Shown piece after piece: positions 13,801-27,595 of a stretch of DNA of 64,000 bases. Position numbers and translations under genes: made by a program. The stretch spans positions 78,492,001 through 78,556,000 of the forward strand of contig CM052822.1 in NCBI GenBank assembly GCA_028534125.1, read 5' to 3'. Numbering within the stretch: position 1 is the stretch's first letter; every line of letters starts with the position of its first letter. Below the pieces are notes generated by a model. It saw only the letters and a program-made list of their open reading frames with translations. It searched no databases and was not told the origin of the DNA. The stretch comes from Lama glama. Taxonomy: Eukaryota.

Positions 13801-16394
13801 ATGGGTGTCACGTCGAGCCAGGCGCAGCCCCGCCGTCTCCTCGGGACCCGCGCCCTGGACACAGTCTGCTTGTGGCGCCGGGAGCCTCCCACCCCACTCA
13901 CACGGCCCCAGACATGGCCCCCAGGCCCAGAGCGTGGGTGTCAGGAGGGGAGAACACAGGGCCTCACAGGACACACACTCAGCCCAGGGCCAGGACGAAC
14001 ACGCTCGGTGGGGCAGCAAGGCCGGGCCAGCAGGAGGTGAGGAGCCCAGAGTGAGAGACTGACCCTGGAACACGGCCATGAACACCGGGCCGGGGTCGGG
14101 AGGGGCACGCAGGCCTGGGGCTCAGGGAAGAGCCCACTCGGCCGTGAGAACAGTCACCAAAACCGGCATCCGGGCTGCAGCTGGAGGGCACAGGGCACAG
14201 CTGCCTGCACACCCCCTTCTGGCTGTGGTTCAAAGCCCCACTCCGGCCCAAGGAGTGTGTGTGGCTGGCACACGGTAGGGACTCAGCCGGCTGCTCAACA
14301 GGCAGTGACGAGGAAGGAACGATGGCTAAACCTGTAGCCCCTGCTCCATGCGGGGACTCCGTGCAACGGGACTCACCGAGGAGACACAAGTCAGAACCTG
14401 GCTGCCCTCTTCCCCGGCTGCCAGCCATGCTGGAGGGACCTTCACCTGAGGTGCCTGGAGGCTGTATCCCCACCCACCCCGGGGGGTGCCGGGCCTGGTG
14501 TGGGGCCGTAACTGCCCGGCCCCGGGCTCTGTCAGGGACAGCTTTGTGCTGTGATGGATGTCCCACACGTGCCTCTGGACTCCTGAGAGTGTCTCTGCCT
14601 CCCTCATGCTCCAAGCACCTCCAAGAACTCCCCCAAACCTCACCTGCAGACACCTGTGCTCCGGCCACCGCCATGGCCCCTCCCGAACACCATCCTCTGC
14701 TGAGTGGGCCTCACTGTCCAGCCAAAGCTAGGTCACTGCTTAGCATCCCTGGCCGCCTTCCACTCAGGGTCTGACCTCAGCTCACTTCCCAGCTCCAGGC
14801 AGCTCGTCAACAGAGATGAGCCTCGAGATCAACAGAGACAAGGTGCTTGTTCCCCCGCTCAGCACGGTCACGGCGTGCGGGCTCGGGGCAGGGGGTGCAC
14901 CGCCACCCACCAACCCCTCACGGCCTCCTTGAGACCTGAGGCACTGACGGGCTCCTCGAAGCCCCCAACCCTTCTGCGTCCCGCCCGGATAACGTCCCGG
15001 CTGGGAAGCCCCTTTCCTGGGGCTCCTACTCACACCCTCCGAGGACAGCTGAAGCTCCACGTTACCCTGCAGCAAAGGCATCTCGTGTTCCTGCCACAAT
15101 CTTGTCAAAGAAAAAAGCAGCTTTGGTCTCTGGTACTTTTGACAACACAGAACAGGGGAAACCATGAGCCTCCAAACCCCGGCTCCACCCCATGGCTGCA
15201 AGAACAGGACAAGCTATTCATGCTGACTACCCCTCCATTTTCCTTTCTGTGAAACGGGAGTCAACAACACCTCCTCGGGGGGCCCTGGGAGACTCCGCAC
15301 CAGGTGAGTCGGAAGGCAGTGCCTGCCTTCGCATCTCCCCCAGCACGTGACCGTGTTTGAAATCTTACCCTCAGCGACTGGACCACTGTCAGAAGCACAC
15401 TGAAAAAGAGAGAAAGCCAGAGGGGTGGGTGGCTTGGGCCTCCCCAGGGATCACAGGGCACAGGTGGTCCTCCTCGTAGCCCATTCAGGCGGTTATTTAT
15501 TCAAAACATATGAAAATTCTCATTAGGCAACTGTCAAAAATGAGGCTGTAAAGAGTTTCTCAATTACTTGGTAAATCGCTCACATGATGCAAAGCGAAGC
15601 CAGCAGAGTACAAATGGTGTGTCAGGTATGTTCACAACCACATGTTTTCCTTTCTAACCATGACTTTGAAAAAGACTGGAAAGACGAACGTCAGGTCTAA
15701 CACGGGGGCCGTGCTTGGTGGGGTCAGTTTTCTCTTCTTCATCCTTCATGGAAAGTCTACAGTTTCCCCCATGAGCCTGTGGTATTTTCACATCAGAAAA
15801 AATTCTGCAAAACGAGTGCTTTAAAAGGCCAGGTCCAGGCCAGGAAAGAGGAACAAGGGAAACCAGGGCTCAGCTCACAGTCGAAGGTCAGGACCCAGCA
15901 GCCCCGCCCAGCCCAGCGCCCTGCCAACTGCAGCTGCTGGGGACGCAGCCCCAGACCTCACTGGCCCGAGCCACTACAGCAACAAATCTGACAACATGAA
16001 ACCTGAAATAGGAGGGCCTGAATGCTCTTTAAGCTTTGCTGCAAGTCAGGGTGCAGATAGGGACTGGTAAACCAGCCGGCCGAGCGAAACTGAAGCATTT
16101 AGATTCGACGCTTTGATTGGGTTCGTAAAAATGTTGGTGTCACTTTCAAGAAAACAAGCAAACAATGAGAAGAAACTAAGGAAGTAGGCCTGTCGGGCAA
16201 CGTCCACCTGCTACACCAGGTCTGAGGAGACCAGCTGGGCTGTCAGCTGCCGTGGCGTCCAGCCCCACCTTCACCTGCGCCAGAACCTGGGGAGAGCCGA
16301 GCGGATGCCCTGTTAGCCAGGGAGGAGCGGGGACGAGGCAGGTGCTGCGGGCGGCGCGTGCCTGCACGCCCCGTGCCCTGCACCCCCAGGGCGC

Positions 16395-16640
16395 CGGGTC
16401 AGGGGCGGGGCTTCAGTCCGGAGGGCGGAGCCCCGTGACGGCCGGTGGGAGGGGACGTGAGGAGCTCGCCCCCTCCAGCTCTCTCCCGCCCGCGGCATCT
16501 GCAAGCTGGGAAGAGATCTCCCAGACACGGGACCACAGCACCCTCGCCCTGACCTTGGACGTCCAGCCCCCAGAACGACAAGAAACAAGCGTCTGCAGTC
16601 TGAGCGGCCCAGTTCGTTACAGATGCCCAAGACAGACGGC
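16395..16640 (+). mobile_element. Degenerate MaLR LTR (MLT1A/MST-like)
   Basis: gcatctgcaagctgggaagag...gaccttggacgtccagcccccagaac resembles the recalled MaLR motif gatcttggacttccagcctccagaac. Confidence 0.7.
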
Positions 16641-17573
16641 TGGGTCCAGTGGAGCCGACCTGGAGAGGGTTCACCCTCACAAGGGTGTGCGGAGGCGGAG
16701 GACCTCAGGGGCCAAGCGCAACCCCAAGCCTGCACTACGGCCCCAGAGGGTGCGGACACTGTGGGAGGGGAGCCCGCAGCTCCGGAACAGGGCTGACCGG
16801 GTGGGGTCCCGGGAAGGAACCCAGACCCTCCTGCCCCTTCTCAGTGCCTGCTGGGTTCCCACTGCCCAGGGGCCGGGGCCCGAGCCAGACGCCGGACCAG
16901 CCTGGGGCTCAAGCAGGAGGGGAGGGCGGGCGGCCCTGGAGGGCAGAGAACACCAGGCCTTGTCCGTCCCTCAGGGAAGCGGCTGGCCTGCTCTGGGCGC
17001 CCCTGTTTCTTGCACAGAAATCTAAACATGGGGCTAAATCGCCCTCGTGCCCCTGCTTCACCCTGCCCGAGCGCCCAGCCAATTCCTCGTTTAGCTCTCT
17101 GACCAGTGACCGTCTCGTCCTCGTTTTCATTCATGAATGTTCCTCTCCTTGTCATATTTGCTAGTTTCACCTTGACCTCATAAATTCAATTTGCTGTTTC
17201 AAATTCTGGCAGAAGAACTGCTTTTCAAAATGCTGAAAAGCCATCATTTTAGAGCTGGTGAGATAAAATCCTGGTTCTGCTCATGATTGGTTTCTTAAAG
17301 CTTTGGAAGCAAAACACTGGCTTTCCAAGAGCTGCCATGAGTGAGACACCAGGGGCACGTCCTCCTCTACTCGGGGCGATGCAGGAACTCTGCTCTGGAC
17401 AGCGGGCAACACCACAGCGCAGGCAGCTCGAGAATCCATGTCAGCGCTCGGGGAGCACACGCAAGCGGACAGTCTCCAGCTAGACACTGCGGAGAGCCAC
17501 GCCGTGAGGAACCAGAACATCAGCGCACTTTCCCACAAACTATTTCTCAAACTTCATCTAAAAACATGGCTAC

Positions 17574-17721
17574 GGGGTGGAGGGTGGAGGTGAGCGGTAG
17601 AGTGTGTGCTTAGCATGCAAGAGGTCCTGGGTTCGAGCCCCAGCACCATTAAAAAGTAAATAAATAAATATAAACCTAATTGCCTCCCCCTCCAAAAAAT
17701 GAAATTAAAAACAAAAAAGTT
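17574..17721 (+). mobile_element. Camelid tRNA-derived SINE (Vic-1 type) with TSD
   Basis: Body ggtagagtgtgtgcttagcatgcaagaggtcctgggttcgagccccagcacc contains a box B, followed by a taaataaa...acctaattgcctccccc A-rich tail. TSD is aaaacatggcta (17561-17572) / aaaatatggcta (17722-17733). Confidence 0.85.
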
Positions 17722-18889
17722 AAAATATGGCTATGAACTCGAATGAGCTTGAGAACTTTTGAAATTCATATTCAGACACACTAAGGTGCGGGTTTGCTGT
17801 TTATTCAAACTTTCAGTGCTTTCTGCTGCGGGTAACAGCAGCACTGGTCGCGCACTTAAGCAGCACAGACTCACCCTCAAACCACACGGGCAGTGCTGCC
17901 TGCCTCTTAAGCATCCTCGGGGTGTTTCGTTTCCCAGAGAAATAAAGGCCAGCAGCCCATCCCCCATGCGGGGAGCAGGGATGCTGACCCAGCCCCGCCT
18001 CCCGGGCTGAGCGGCCCCACCGGGAGGGCACGTGGCTCACCACTGACTGAGGACCCAGACGCCACTCAGGTCCAAGCTCAGGTCAGAGAAGAGACTGGCA
18101 TCTCTCAGGGCCGCACCCCCAGCCCTACCAGGAGGAAACGGGTGGACATGGCCGGCAGGAGCCCAGCCGGAAGAGAAGGTGCCTTCAGTCCAGGGTCAGG
18201 ATAGAGCCACCCCCGTCTGCCCCTGTTCCCCTCCGTCTGTCTGCCCGTGCAGGGCCCAGTCTGTCCTCCCCACTGCATGGCACCTGGCACCTGCAGTGAC
18301 TCCGTCTCAGTGGCCCGGTGCCACCTTCGGTCTGTTTCCCCGCTGGCCCTTCACGGGGGTCCTCTTCAGTGTCACCTGCCGTCTCCCAGCGGAGGGCCTC
18401 CTGCTCCTCAGGCACTGACCTCAGAGCTGGACTGGAGAAGCAGCTGCAGGCCAAGGGTCCCCAGGGCGCACGGGCGCCTGGCTCCCGCCTGAGTCCCCGC
18501 CACAGCTCAGCGTGCAGGCTGGGCCTCGTGGGCAATGAGGGGCCAGGCTGCGTGCCTCCCTGTCACTGGAGATGAAATTCCAAGGAGGGCAACCCCTCCC
18601 CACGGCCAGCACGCCTACCGCCGGAGGGCTGGCCAGTGCAAGGCTGCGGGCGCCTCGCCCGGGGCAGAGGCAGCAGGAACCCTGGGACTTCGGGGGCAGG
18701 GGGCGTGCGTGGTGGCCCAGGCCTCACCACGGACCCTGAGGTGCCAGACACCTCCCTGCACTGGTGCCTCCCCCACCTACAAACCTCGGGGCTTCTCCTA
18801 CAGTGAGGACTCAACCGACAAGTGTCCCGTGTGCTCACCCACCTGCGGAGCGACGTCTGACATCTGCTGGCCGTGCAGCACGTTTGTCA

Positions 18890-19075
18890 AGTATTTACTG
18901 AGCTCTACCCACAAAGCACTTCCCATAGTGACCTTGTCTAACCCTCACAACAGCCAGCAGGACAGATCCCCGCTTCGCAGATGAGGAAGGAGACTCTGCG
19001 AAGCCCTGCAATCTGCCTGAGGCCGCACCACCCGAACTGCTGTGGGACTGGAATCCAAGTCTGACCCTGGCCGTG
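18890..19075 (-). mobile_element. MIR fragment
   Basis: tatttactgag...taaccctcacaacagc...cccgcttcgcagatgaggaag is the reverse MIR core. Confidence 0.6.
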
Positions 19076-21475
19076 TGGCCACAAGCCCCAGCGGAGGTGG
19101 TGCTGTTGGAGCGCCACGCTCGCTGCAGCCCCTCAAGAACCGGGCTCCCGGCCTCTCCTTCGGAAGATGCAGGGAGGACTTTTGTCATGAGTGTTGAGCG
19201 ACATTCTAGGCGTCTGTCCATCATCACTGGCTCCCTGACGTGCCCACGGCCGCAGCCGCCAACTGGCAGCTTCACCCCGAGACTCTGGACAGCAAATAAC
19301 CCACCGCGTTTGTCCTGCTCCGGAGCACACACCGGGAACTTGTCTTCTAGAACCAAAGCCTCAAACCCCCTCTTCCTTCTTCGGGTGTTAATGAAGGACA
19401 CCCCTAAGCACTGCTGCCGCACAGGACTAACGTCTGAGGACGGCAAACCTGGGCCTTTTGGCTCCGCTTGGAGAAATGGGCCCCTCCAACCGTCAGTCCT
19501 CTGTGGCAGATTCCGGATCCTCCGTGAACAGGAGAGCCAGACCCCGGTTGGAAATCCAAGCTCGTCGACCCTGAGCTCCTACAGGCACCACCCGGGGCCC
19601 CACCGTCCGGGCGGCCTCACCTGCAGGGCCCTCCCCACCAATGCCCCGTGAGGCCGCGCAGTGAGAAGAGACGCCCCAGCCGGAGCACGGGCAATCCTCA
19701 GCGGGGCGGCCCACGTGCAGTGCATCCTTCTCATTGTTCATAAAGCCCTCAGAAGGGCGGCACACTACAAACAGCTGGGTCGCGTCTGCATTTTATTTCC
19801 CTTCTTATGGTAACTAAAACACCCTGGGATGTGATGGAAAAACAGGACTGAGGGTTACTGCATCATCTCAGAAAAACTCCTGCCAAGACGGCAGAACATT
19901 TGACATTATAATATTAGCGCTTTGGGACGTGCATACAAACAGTCTTACATTAAGGGCTGCATTCTCCAAAGCCGCACTTTATTGTGGGAGGCCTCACTGC
20001 AAACATGGTGAGTGCCAGGACGTGTGTAATACAAACCGACACCGGGACCTGCTCACAGGCCCGGCCCTCCCCAGCACCCAGCTGGCACTCGGGAGGGGAC
20101 AACCGTCGCCTGTTGACCCCGTCTGTGACCTCAGGAGTTCACTGGAGCAAAGCATTTGGACGCCCTCCAGGGTAGGTCTTTGTGCCAATCACCTGATCTT
20201 TACCTCGAAAGGACAATTTTACTTCCTAGTCCTTTGCGAAAACGCAGTCAGGTGTGGGCTGTCCTGGGCGGGGCTGGACTATCTAAACCCCCGCCCCCTC
20301 CAACCTCCATGGGTGGGAGACGAGCTGTCTCCTCCTGGGGGAGGCTGCCCGCCAGGCCCCAGAGCCCAGCCCACTGGACTGCGCACGCCTTCCTGATACA
20401 GTGTGCCACATTCCAAGACCAGGGGCAAGGTGTCTGGGGGCCACAGCCTGCTTCCTTCAGGCAGAAAGTGGGGAGACTGCAGGGCTTGCCGTCAACCTGG
20501 CACCTGGAGGGTGGGCTGTGCAGAGATGTGACCTTGGGGCTCTGCCTTCCCCCACAAATCTGCTGAGAACACAAACCCCAGGTGAGCGCCTGTCCAAAGC
20601 AAGCAGAGCCCCTGTGAAGTCCACCACGTCACAGTCAGAAAGCCTGTTTCCACCCGAGCCCGTTTGGCTGCCCTGTCACCGCTGGAGCCGGGGGCCGCAA
20701 AGTCCGGAAGATGCCCTGTTCCACGCAAACCCTCCTTCCAAGCAGGACTTCATGGGCACCCCACACCCTCCCAGGATCGACATGGTCACGTCTCCGGCCA
20801 AACGGGTGTCTGCGAGGCCTCGAAACACATGGACAGGACGCCCACCAACACTTTGCATCGGCTACTAAAGAGGGTTTGACGGCCACACAAGACCCCTGAA
20901 AGGAACGGGAGCCGCGGTCATGGAGGGAGTGACCAGCGGACTCTCAGCTGCTCCGGAATCTTACCACATCCCCTTTCCCTTTAGGACTCTCAGATTTTAC
21001 AAGATGTAACTCAGCAGTAACTTCTGGGGGCTGCGGATGGGCGCGGGGCAGATGCCCGCACACACCTGAGCCAGGTGAGTGGGCCCTCCCCACCCCTCCA
21101 GCACAGCGGGCCACCCCTCCATGCAGGCCTGCTCTGACCTGAGGCCACCTTGGTGACCTCCTCCCAGGCCTGCCCAGGGCCTGGACCAAACGAAGGTGCT
21201 CAACCAGTTCCTTGATCGGCTGTACAAACTGTGTGAACTGGTGAGTTCTTACTTTTGCTTTGGCTTCCAGGAAGCTCAGAGCTCACTTTCACATTAAGAC
21301 ACAACAGTGTCACTTCTGCTCACAAAGCATGTTCACTTTAATCAGAATATGTCTGACCCTGAGCAGCCAGCATCAGAGCCCCACTGACCGACCGCTCGCT
21401 GAGTGAGAGGACAGTGAAAAACTGAACCCACAGAGGCCTTTAGGATTCGACGTGCTCTGTGTTACTTGGTCTGCT

Positions 21476-21535
21476 CCTCCCATTTTACATCTGAGGAAAC
21501 TAAGGCTCAGAAACGCAGAGTCACACAGGGCGTGT
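21476..21535 (-). mobile_element. MIR core fragment
   Basis: cccattttacatctgaggaaactaaggctcagaaa. Confidence 0.65.
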
Positions 21536-24500
21536 CACCTGCTCTCTCCCGAAGCAACTCCAGGTCCCACCCCAATGTCCCGCTGTCTGCAGGAGAGCCA
21601 AGCCAGGCCTCACCATCATCCCGGGAGAGCCCTCAACAAGCCAGACAGCAAACGACCAGGGGCTCGGGCCCCCCGTCACGTTGTGGGGGACCGTGAGACG
21701 CCAAGGGGGCACAGTGACAAGAAACCAAGACTCTGGAGCCAGGCCTGTCCTCCTGGGGGCGAGAAAGCAGGGAGGAGTCAGGGCGGGAGGCACGGTCAGC
21801 ATTCGGAGGACAACCCTCCTGCTCGGAGACGGGGCTCCCACGCACAAGCTCGGAGCGCAGCTTCGGACCCTTTAACGAATCGCTGCCAGCAACACATCAG
21901 GCCCTCGGAGGCGTCCAGCTGGCCGTCCTCCACTTGACACTCTCTGAAAGCAGGTGCTCGCTGGACAGAGGCAGCCTCTGTCCCCTGAGGCACACGAGAA
22001 TTATCTCCCAGGTGCTCAGAGGGCCAATCGGAGGAAGGAGACTGACCAGAATGATGCTGCTCGGAAACCCTAGCTGTCCCTCACCCTGGGAGCCCCAGGG
22101 CCAGCAGCCGGGAGGGCGCAGGCTTGAGAGGGGCCCCTGTGTGTCTTCTCACATGGGGCCGCACTGTCACTCCCCAGGGCGCGTCCACGGTGGGCGGGTA
22201 CCGGCTGAGCCACCCCGCCAGAGCATGTGCAGGTGGACAGGCAGCGACACAGCCCGGAAGTTCACCTGCTCCTCGCATACCCCAGCTCCCCGCCAAGGTC
22301 TCTTCCTCCTCCCTACCCCTAACCCCACATCTCGACCCCTTGGAATTCAGTTCTGGGCGGGGAAAGCTGACTTTCTTCATATTGTGTAGTTCTGCCTCCT
22401 TTTATGGAAGACCAAGCCCCTCAGAATGGTCTTCTTTTGGGTCAGAGAGCAGCTCACCTTGGACCCAGAGGGCCTTTGATGCAAGGTCCTCCAGGAACGC
22501 CGAGCTCCTGGCTGCACCCAGTGGCCTCTGTCCGCCTTTCAAGCCGCCAGCAGTAGACCCACCCACAGCTCCGCTCCATCCAGTGTTTTGTGGACACTTC
22601 GCAAGGACTGCACTTGGCTCCATGCACCAGCGTGCAGCGATAAACAGAAAGACTAGCCAGCCCCCTGGGAAAGCCGTGGTCCCTGAATAAAAGCCACTCT
22701 TTCCTCGTGTGAGCACTCAGAAGGCAGAGGCCCACAGCCAGCCCTGTGCCTCCTGCCCCAGGACTGGATCCAGTTCCCCCACAAACAATGCAGGGTGTGG
22801 GCTCAGCAAGGCCAACACATCTGTGGACCCCAAGGGAAGGAAGCCCGGGGCACCACGGCAGCACCAACTGGGCCAAACCCCAAACCAGAGGGCCAGTGGC
22901 CACCTCCCTGCCCACCTCCCCTCCCACCTCCCCACAGGCAAGGCCCTGTGAGGACGCTTACCGCCCAGGCCAGGAGGGAGGCCAGCAGCCACCCATCTAG
23001 GTCTGCGTGGAGCCTGCAGGCCATCGGGGACCCCCATGAGAACCCGGGCCGCGGCTGGATGAAAAAGAGGCAGTCCTTGCTACATCCCGACTCGGGCCGC
23101 CCCTGCTCCTGCCCCAGAACCCCCAAGGAGCCCCTCTGGCCCCAGGTGACCCGCGGCCCTGCAGGCGTGCGCTCTCGGGCCCCACGTGGCTCCTGCGGGT
23201 GCCATGGTTTCGCGGGGGCGCATTCCCGAGATGCTGCTCTTCCCAGGAAGAGCTAAATAAAACAAAGGTCTTTGGAGGCCTGTGACAGACCGACAGACCT
23301 GGTCTTGGAGCAAGTGCACAAAACTGGGGCACGGTGCCAGGTCTACAGGCAACACAGGCAGGGCCCCTCGTGTTTGACTTCTCTGCTCTCCACGTGGCCC
23401 TACAGGGGCTCCTGGGGTCTGGAGCCACCAGGGAAGCAGTCGAGCCCTCTGAGTGGCCCAGGCTGGCCTGTGGGGACCCTCCCAAGCCCCAGGCGGCCCC
23501 TCTGCACCTAGAACACCACTGGCCACCGCACCTCTGACTCTCAGAAGCACCCTGGTTAGGAGCCGAGCTGCCCGGCAGCCCCACCAGTCCTGGCGCAGAA
23601 CGGCGGGGTTTGATCCTGCCCCTGCTGGGCTTCTGACTCAGGACATGCCCCACGCCCCGTCCTCATCCGCTCACTGTAAAACGAAGGGGTGCTGACCACT
23701 TTCCAGGACACCAACCACATCAGACACAGAATCAGAGCCGCTCCGGCGGAAGCGTCTGCGGCAGGGCTGCGATCCCGGGCACTTGGTGAGGCTGCCCTGC
23801 CCTGTACAGACCACGCGGGGGCAGCGGTAACGTCCCTGCATGTGTCCGCACCAAAAGGGTACAAGAAAGAATCCCCAGAAGTCACAGGCTTGTTGTGGAG
23901 AACAGCGCTCAGCAGGGAGAACCAGAGCTGATCGTACACCCTGCGACCCTCTCCTCCTGTCTTTAGAAACCCTTCCCTGAGAGCCAGGGGGAGTTGAGGG
24001 CTTCTGAGCTGCCGTGCTCCTCTCTGGGCCTGCAATCACACTGTGCGTTCCTTCACCACAACCCGGCGTCAGGAGGCTGGCTTGGCTGGGAGTCCGGCCA
24101 GTGGACCCAGGTCTGGCTCGGTAACACCGGTAGCTCGGCACCTCCCGCAGCAGCCGTCCCCGGGGCAGGGAGGGTCCTCCTGGCCGCAGAGGAACTACCC
24201 AGCCGTCCAGACCCTCACGCACAGAGCGCCCCGCTGCCTCGTGCGGGCAGAGAAGGCGTCCCAGCACGGGGTGGCCTGAGAGCCGAAACCCCTGCCACCG
24301 AGCAGGACTGCCGCTTTGCAGCTGAAGTCCCTGGGTGGGGGTGCCTGAAAGCGCATCTCAGGAGACACAGAACCACTGCTTGTCTCTCCAGCAGAAACTG
24401 TCCCCCATCATGCTTTTCTGGAAGTCTGACACAGGAAGGACTCAGTGTAAGGGACCCAGGGCACCAGGAAGAACTGAAAGCATCACAGAACGCAAGTCTC

Positions 24501-27500
24501 ACTCACACAGCAGTGTGCAAACTGGCAGTGACGGTTCCTAGTCTGAAGTCTGGGTAAGGCAGTGCCGACACCCAGCCGGCACAAGCTGGAGAATAACTGG
24601 GCTGCAGAGCCCGGAAAAACAACCTGATTACAACGAATCCTCCCCCAGATGGAGCCAATCACGCTGCATTCAGCACTCCCGCAGCTCGGGCTGGGTGTGC
24701 GTTCCCGCCTCTGACACCTGGGCGTCCTCCTCAGCTCGGGCCTCCCTTCCGCGGGCCCCACGGCCTGAACCAGGGCCGAGCGCGGCACGGAGGCCCCAGG
24801 GCGGGGGGTGGGGAGTCTCTCAGCCCGGTCTCACCTCCCTCTTCTCAGCCCCTAATAAACTTTGAAAAGAAGTCCTTGGTAAGGTTCCTGTTTTTTAATG
24901 AATGCTCTTTTCTGTGTGCAGGACATGTGTCTGTACATTTAAAACCTGCTGTCGGGGTCATTCTTCACACCTGGCCGTTCACTGTGGGCTCAGAGCTGGG
25001 CCCCGAGGCCACCGTGCCTGAGTGTGTCTGTGAAACACGCTCCAGAGCAGCTCCTGCACCGCAGGGCCACTGCCGGGACTGGACAGGACGTGTGCGTACA
25101 GGGGCAGGGCAGGCCCGGCGCGCAGCAGCCTGGTTAACCGTTCCTCCCGATATTGAACCAAATCGCCTCAATCTTTCTAACAGTTGCAGGTCCTACGGTA
25201 TGAACACAGCATAGGTTTAACCAGTCTCTCTCACGAAAATTAGGTTGTTTCTAGTTTTATTTTATAGCCAAAGCCACAGCAGTGCAGGCCTATGCACAAA
25301 CACTGCCGCACACGTGTGCAAGCAGGCTGTAGTCCAGATTCCTCCGAGTGGGACTTCAGGTCACAGATCTGTGCGTTTTGGGGTGGAAACAGTCAACGCC
25401 CTGCCCACAAGCTGAGATGACCCCACTCCCACCAACAGAGCGTGTGAGTGGGCAGCCCCACCCCTCGCCAGTCATCCCAGACTCTGTGCAGCCTGGAGAC
25501 ACTTCCTGCCCCCTCCCCGACCCCAGTGGGGCCCCGGGATCACCTGCCTTCCCCTCCCCACCGCCACCTTTTAGACCCATTCTGGTTCAGCTTCACCCAG
25601 CACCAGTTCACTTCCAGGGCAGGTCAGAGATCGTCGGGCAGGGCCTGGAGGGACCGCTCAGTCAGCAGGAACACGGGGAGGATGAAGGTCTCGCCGGAGC
25701 ACAGAGACACGTGCGGACCCAGGAGGGCCTTCACGGCGTGACAAGCAGGCCCACGTGGCCCCTTTGTGCACGTGCTGCCTCATTCTGGGGTCTGACTCGT
25801 AGGAAACCACGTGCAGCCCCAGGGATGCCACGCGGCTGGGAGCCCTTTCTGTGGGGCAGAGGCGAGGACAGACCAAACCAGCGTGAGGCTTCTCCTCCTT
25901 CACCTCGGGGCCCCAGGACGGAAGAGAGCCCAGCTGCCTGTCTGAGGACCAGGACCGACTGTCCCTGCAGAGGGCTGTCAGAGCCAAACTCACACAGGCC
26001 AACGAAGCAACTTTCAAATACTCCCGTTGGGAATGGAGCCTGGCCGGCTGCCGAGACCCACCCTAAAGCGGAGTCAGGGCCCCGCCACCGGCTGGTCCTC
26101 CCCACCCACGGCCCCACTGGGTCCAGTCCCAAGGGGCTGTGTCCACACAGTGCAGCTGCCCCTGGGATCCTGGTGTGGGGAGGACTCCTGCCTAGACATC
26201 ACACCCCCCGGCCTCACCCACAGTCCAAGGGGAACCGGGGAGCCGACCCCTGATGCTCGGACCCAGGATACACGGTCAGGCTCTGCAGGATCCGCAGAAA
26301 CAGTCTGACCTGGCCTCACCACACAGGCCCCCTCGCAGGGCGGGAGACTGAGAACGGGGGCGCTGAGAGCCTCCTGGTCACCTGACCCCAAGCCTGTCCA
26401 CCAACCCCAGCACCGTCCCCCAAACAGGCCCTTGGTCTGAGCCGTCTTCCTGCTCCTGAGAACCTTCCCCTGAGATCACACTCAGTTTTGAAGACACTGA
26501 AGATCGACCACCAGCATCAGAAGGTCCCGTGGGCTCCTGAGCACTGAGGGACAAAGATGTCACACCCAGGGCCCCCGGGGCCGCTGCAGAACCCCTCCAG
26601 GCCAGCGCGCAACCCCGCGGCCTGCCTCCCTCCCCTTCCAGCCGCCCGGCACAGGCAGCCCCGACCTTTAACACCTGGTGCCCCGGGCTGGTGCTCCTCA
26701 CAGGTGAGGGGCCTGGACGAGCGAACGGCCAGACTTCGGGGCTTCCCCACTTCAAACGTGTCCAGAGGAGAAAAGGATTTTCACCCTCATCCTTTTCTTC
26801 CGGCGGGAGGAGGGCACGGCTCCCCCTGACCCCTGCCCCGTCTTCGTGGGTCATGGACGGTCCTGTTCATGGCAGGTCTGTTGGCAAAACTAAACTACGG
26901 AAGTGGTGAAAAATTGAACAGCACCAGATGGCCCTCGTCCAGCCGAGTGAATGAAACGCGTCTCGCCCGCGCCTCCCGGATGCTGATGGTGTTTATTCCT
27001 GCCTGTTCCAGGCCGGAAGATGCCTGAGCTCACACCAGGCTGCCCTGTCACCGTGACAAACACGCTGGCTGAGCCGCGGTGCCTGTGCCCGCGCCCCCTC
27101 CAGACCCCAGAACAGACGTCACCCCAGCAGCGCGTATTTTAGGAAGGCTCTTCATCAAGGCTCCCTCCAGACCTCCAGGATGCTCGTTACCTGACAAGCC
27201 TGTGCGTTCCCGGCCTGTGCCAAGCAGGCCGCCCAGCATCCAAGATGGCTGACCTGACGGCGGTGCTGGGGTACAGCCCTCCAGGAGGAGGCGAGAAGCC
27301 AGGGAGGAGGGGCAGGGAGACTGCGGGGCCCTCGGGGGAGGCAGGCTCTGCAGAGGGTCCCGGCCCAGCCCAGATGTGCGCGATGGGTGAGCCGTCACCC
27401 GGGACGCAGAAAAGACCAGCCAGTGTGCCGCGAGCTACGTCCACTACTGCACAAAGGCCCACGCAAAGGAGGGGGCTCTCGCTTACTGAGAGCTAGTGTT

Positions 27501-27534
27501 TCTAAATTATGTGACTATGAACATGTGGGTCCTA

Positions 27535-27595
27535 CGTCCTCATTTCATAGACGGGGAAACTGAGGTCCAGAGAAAGTAGACAGTTTGGTCACAAA
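27535..27595 (-). mobile_element. MIR core fragment
   Basis: cctcatttcatagacggggaaactgaggtccagaga. Confidence 0.65.

Noticed and set aside
17574-17650. tRNA gene
   Set aside because: The tRNA-like head has a degenerate box A, an A-rich tail and a TSD, so it is a SINE.
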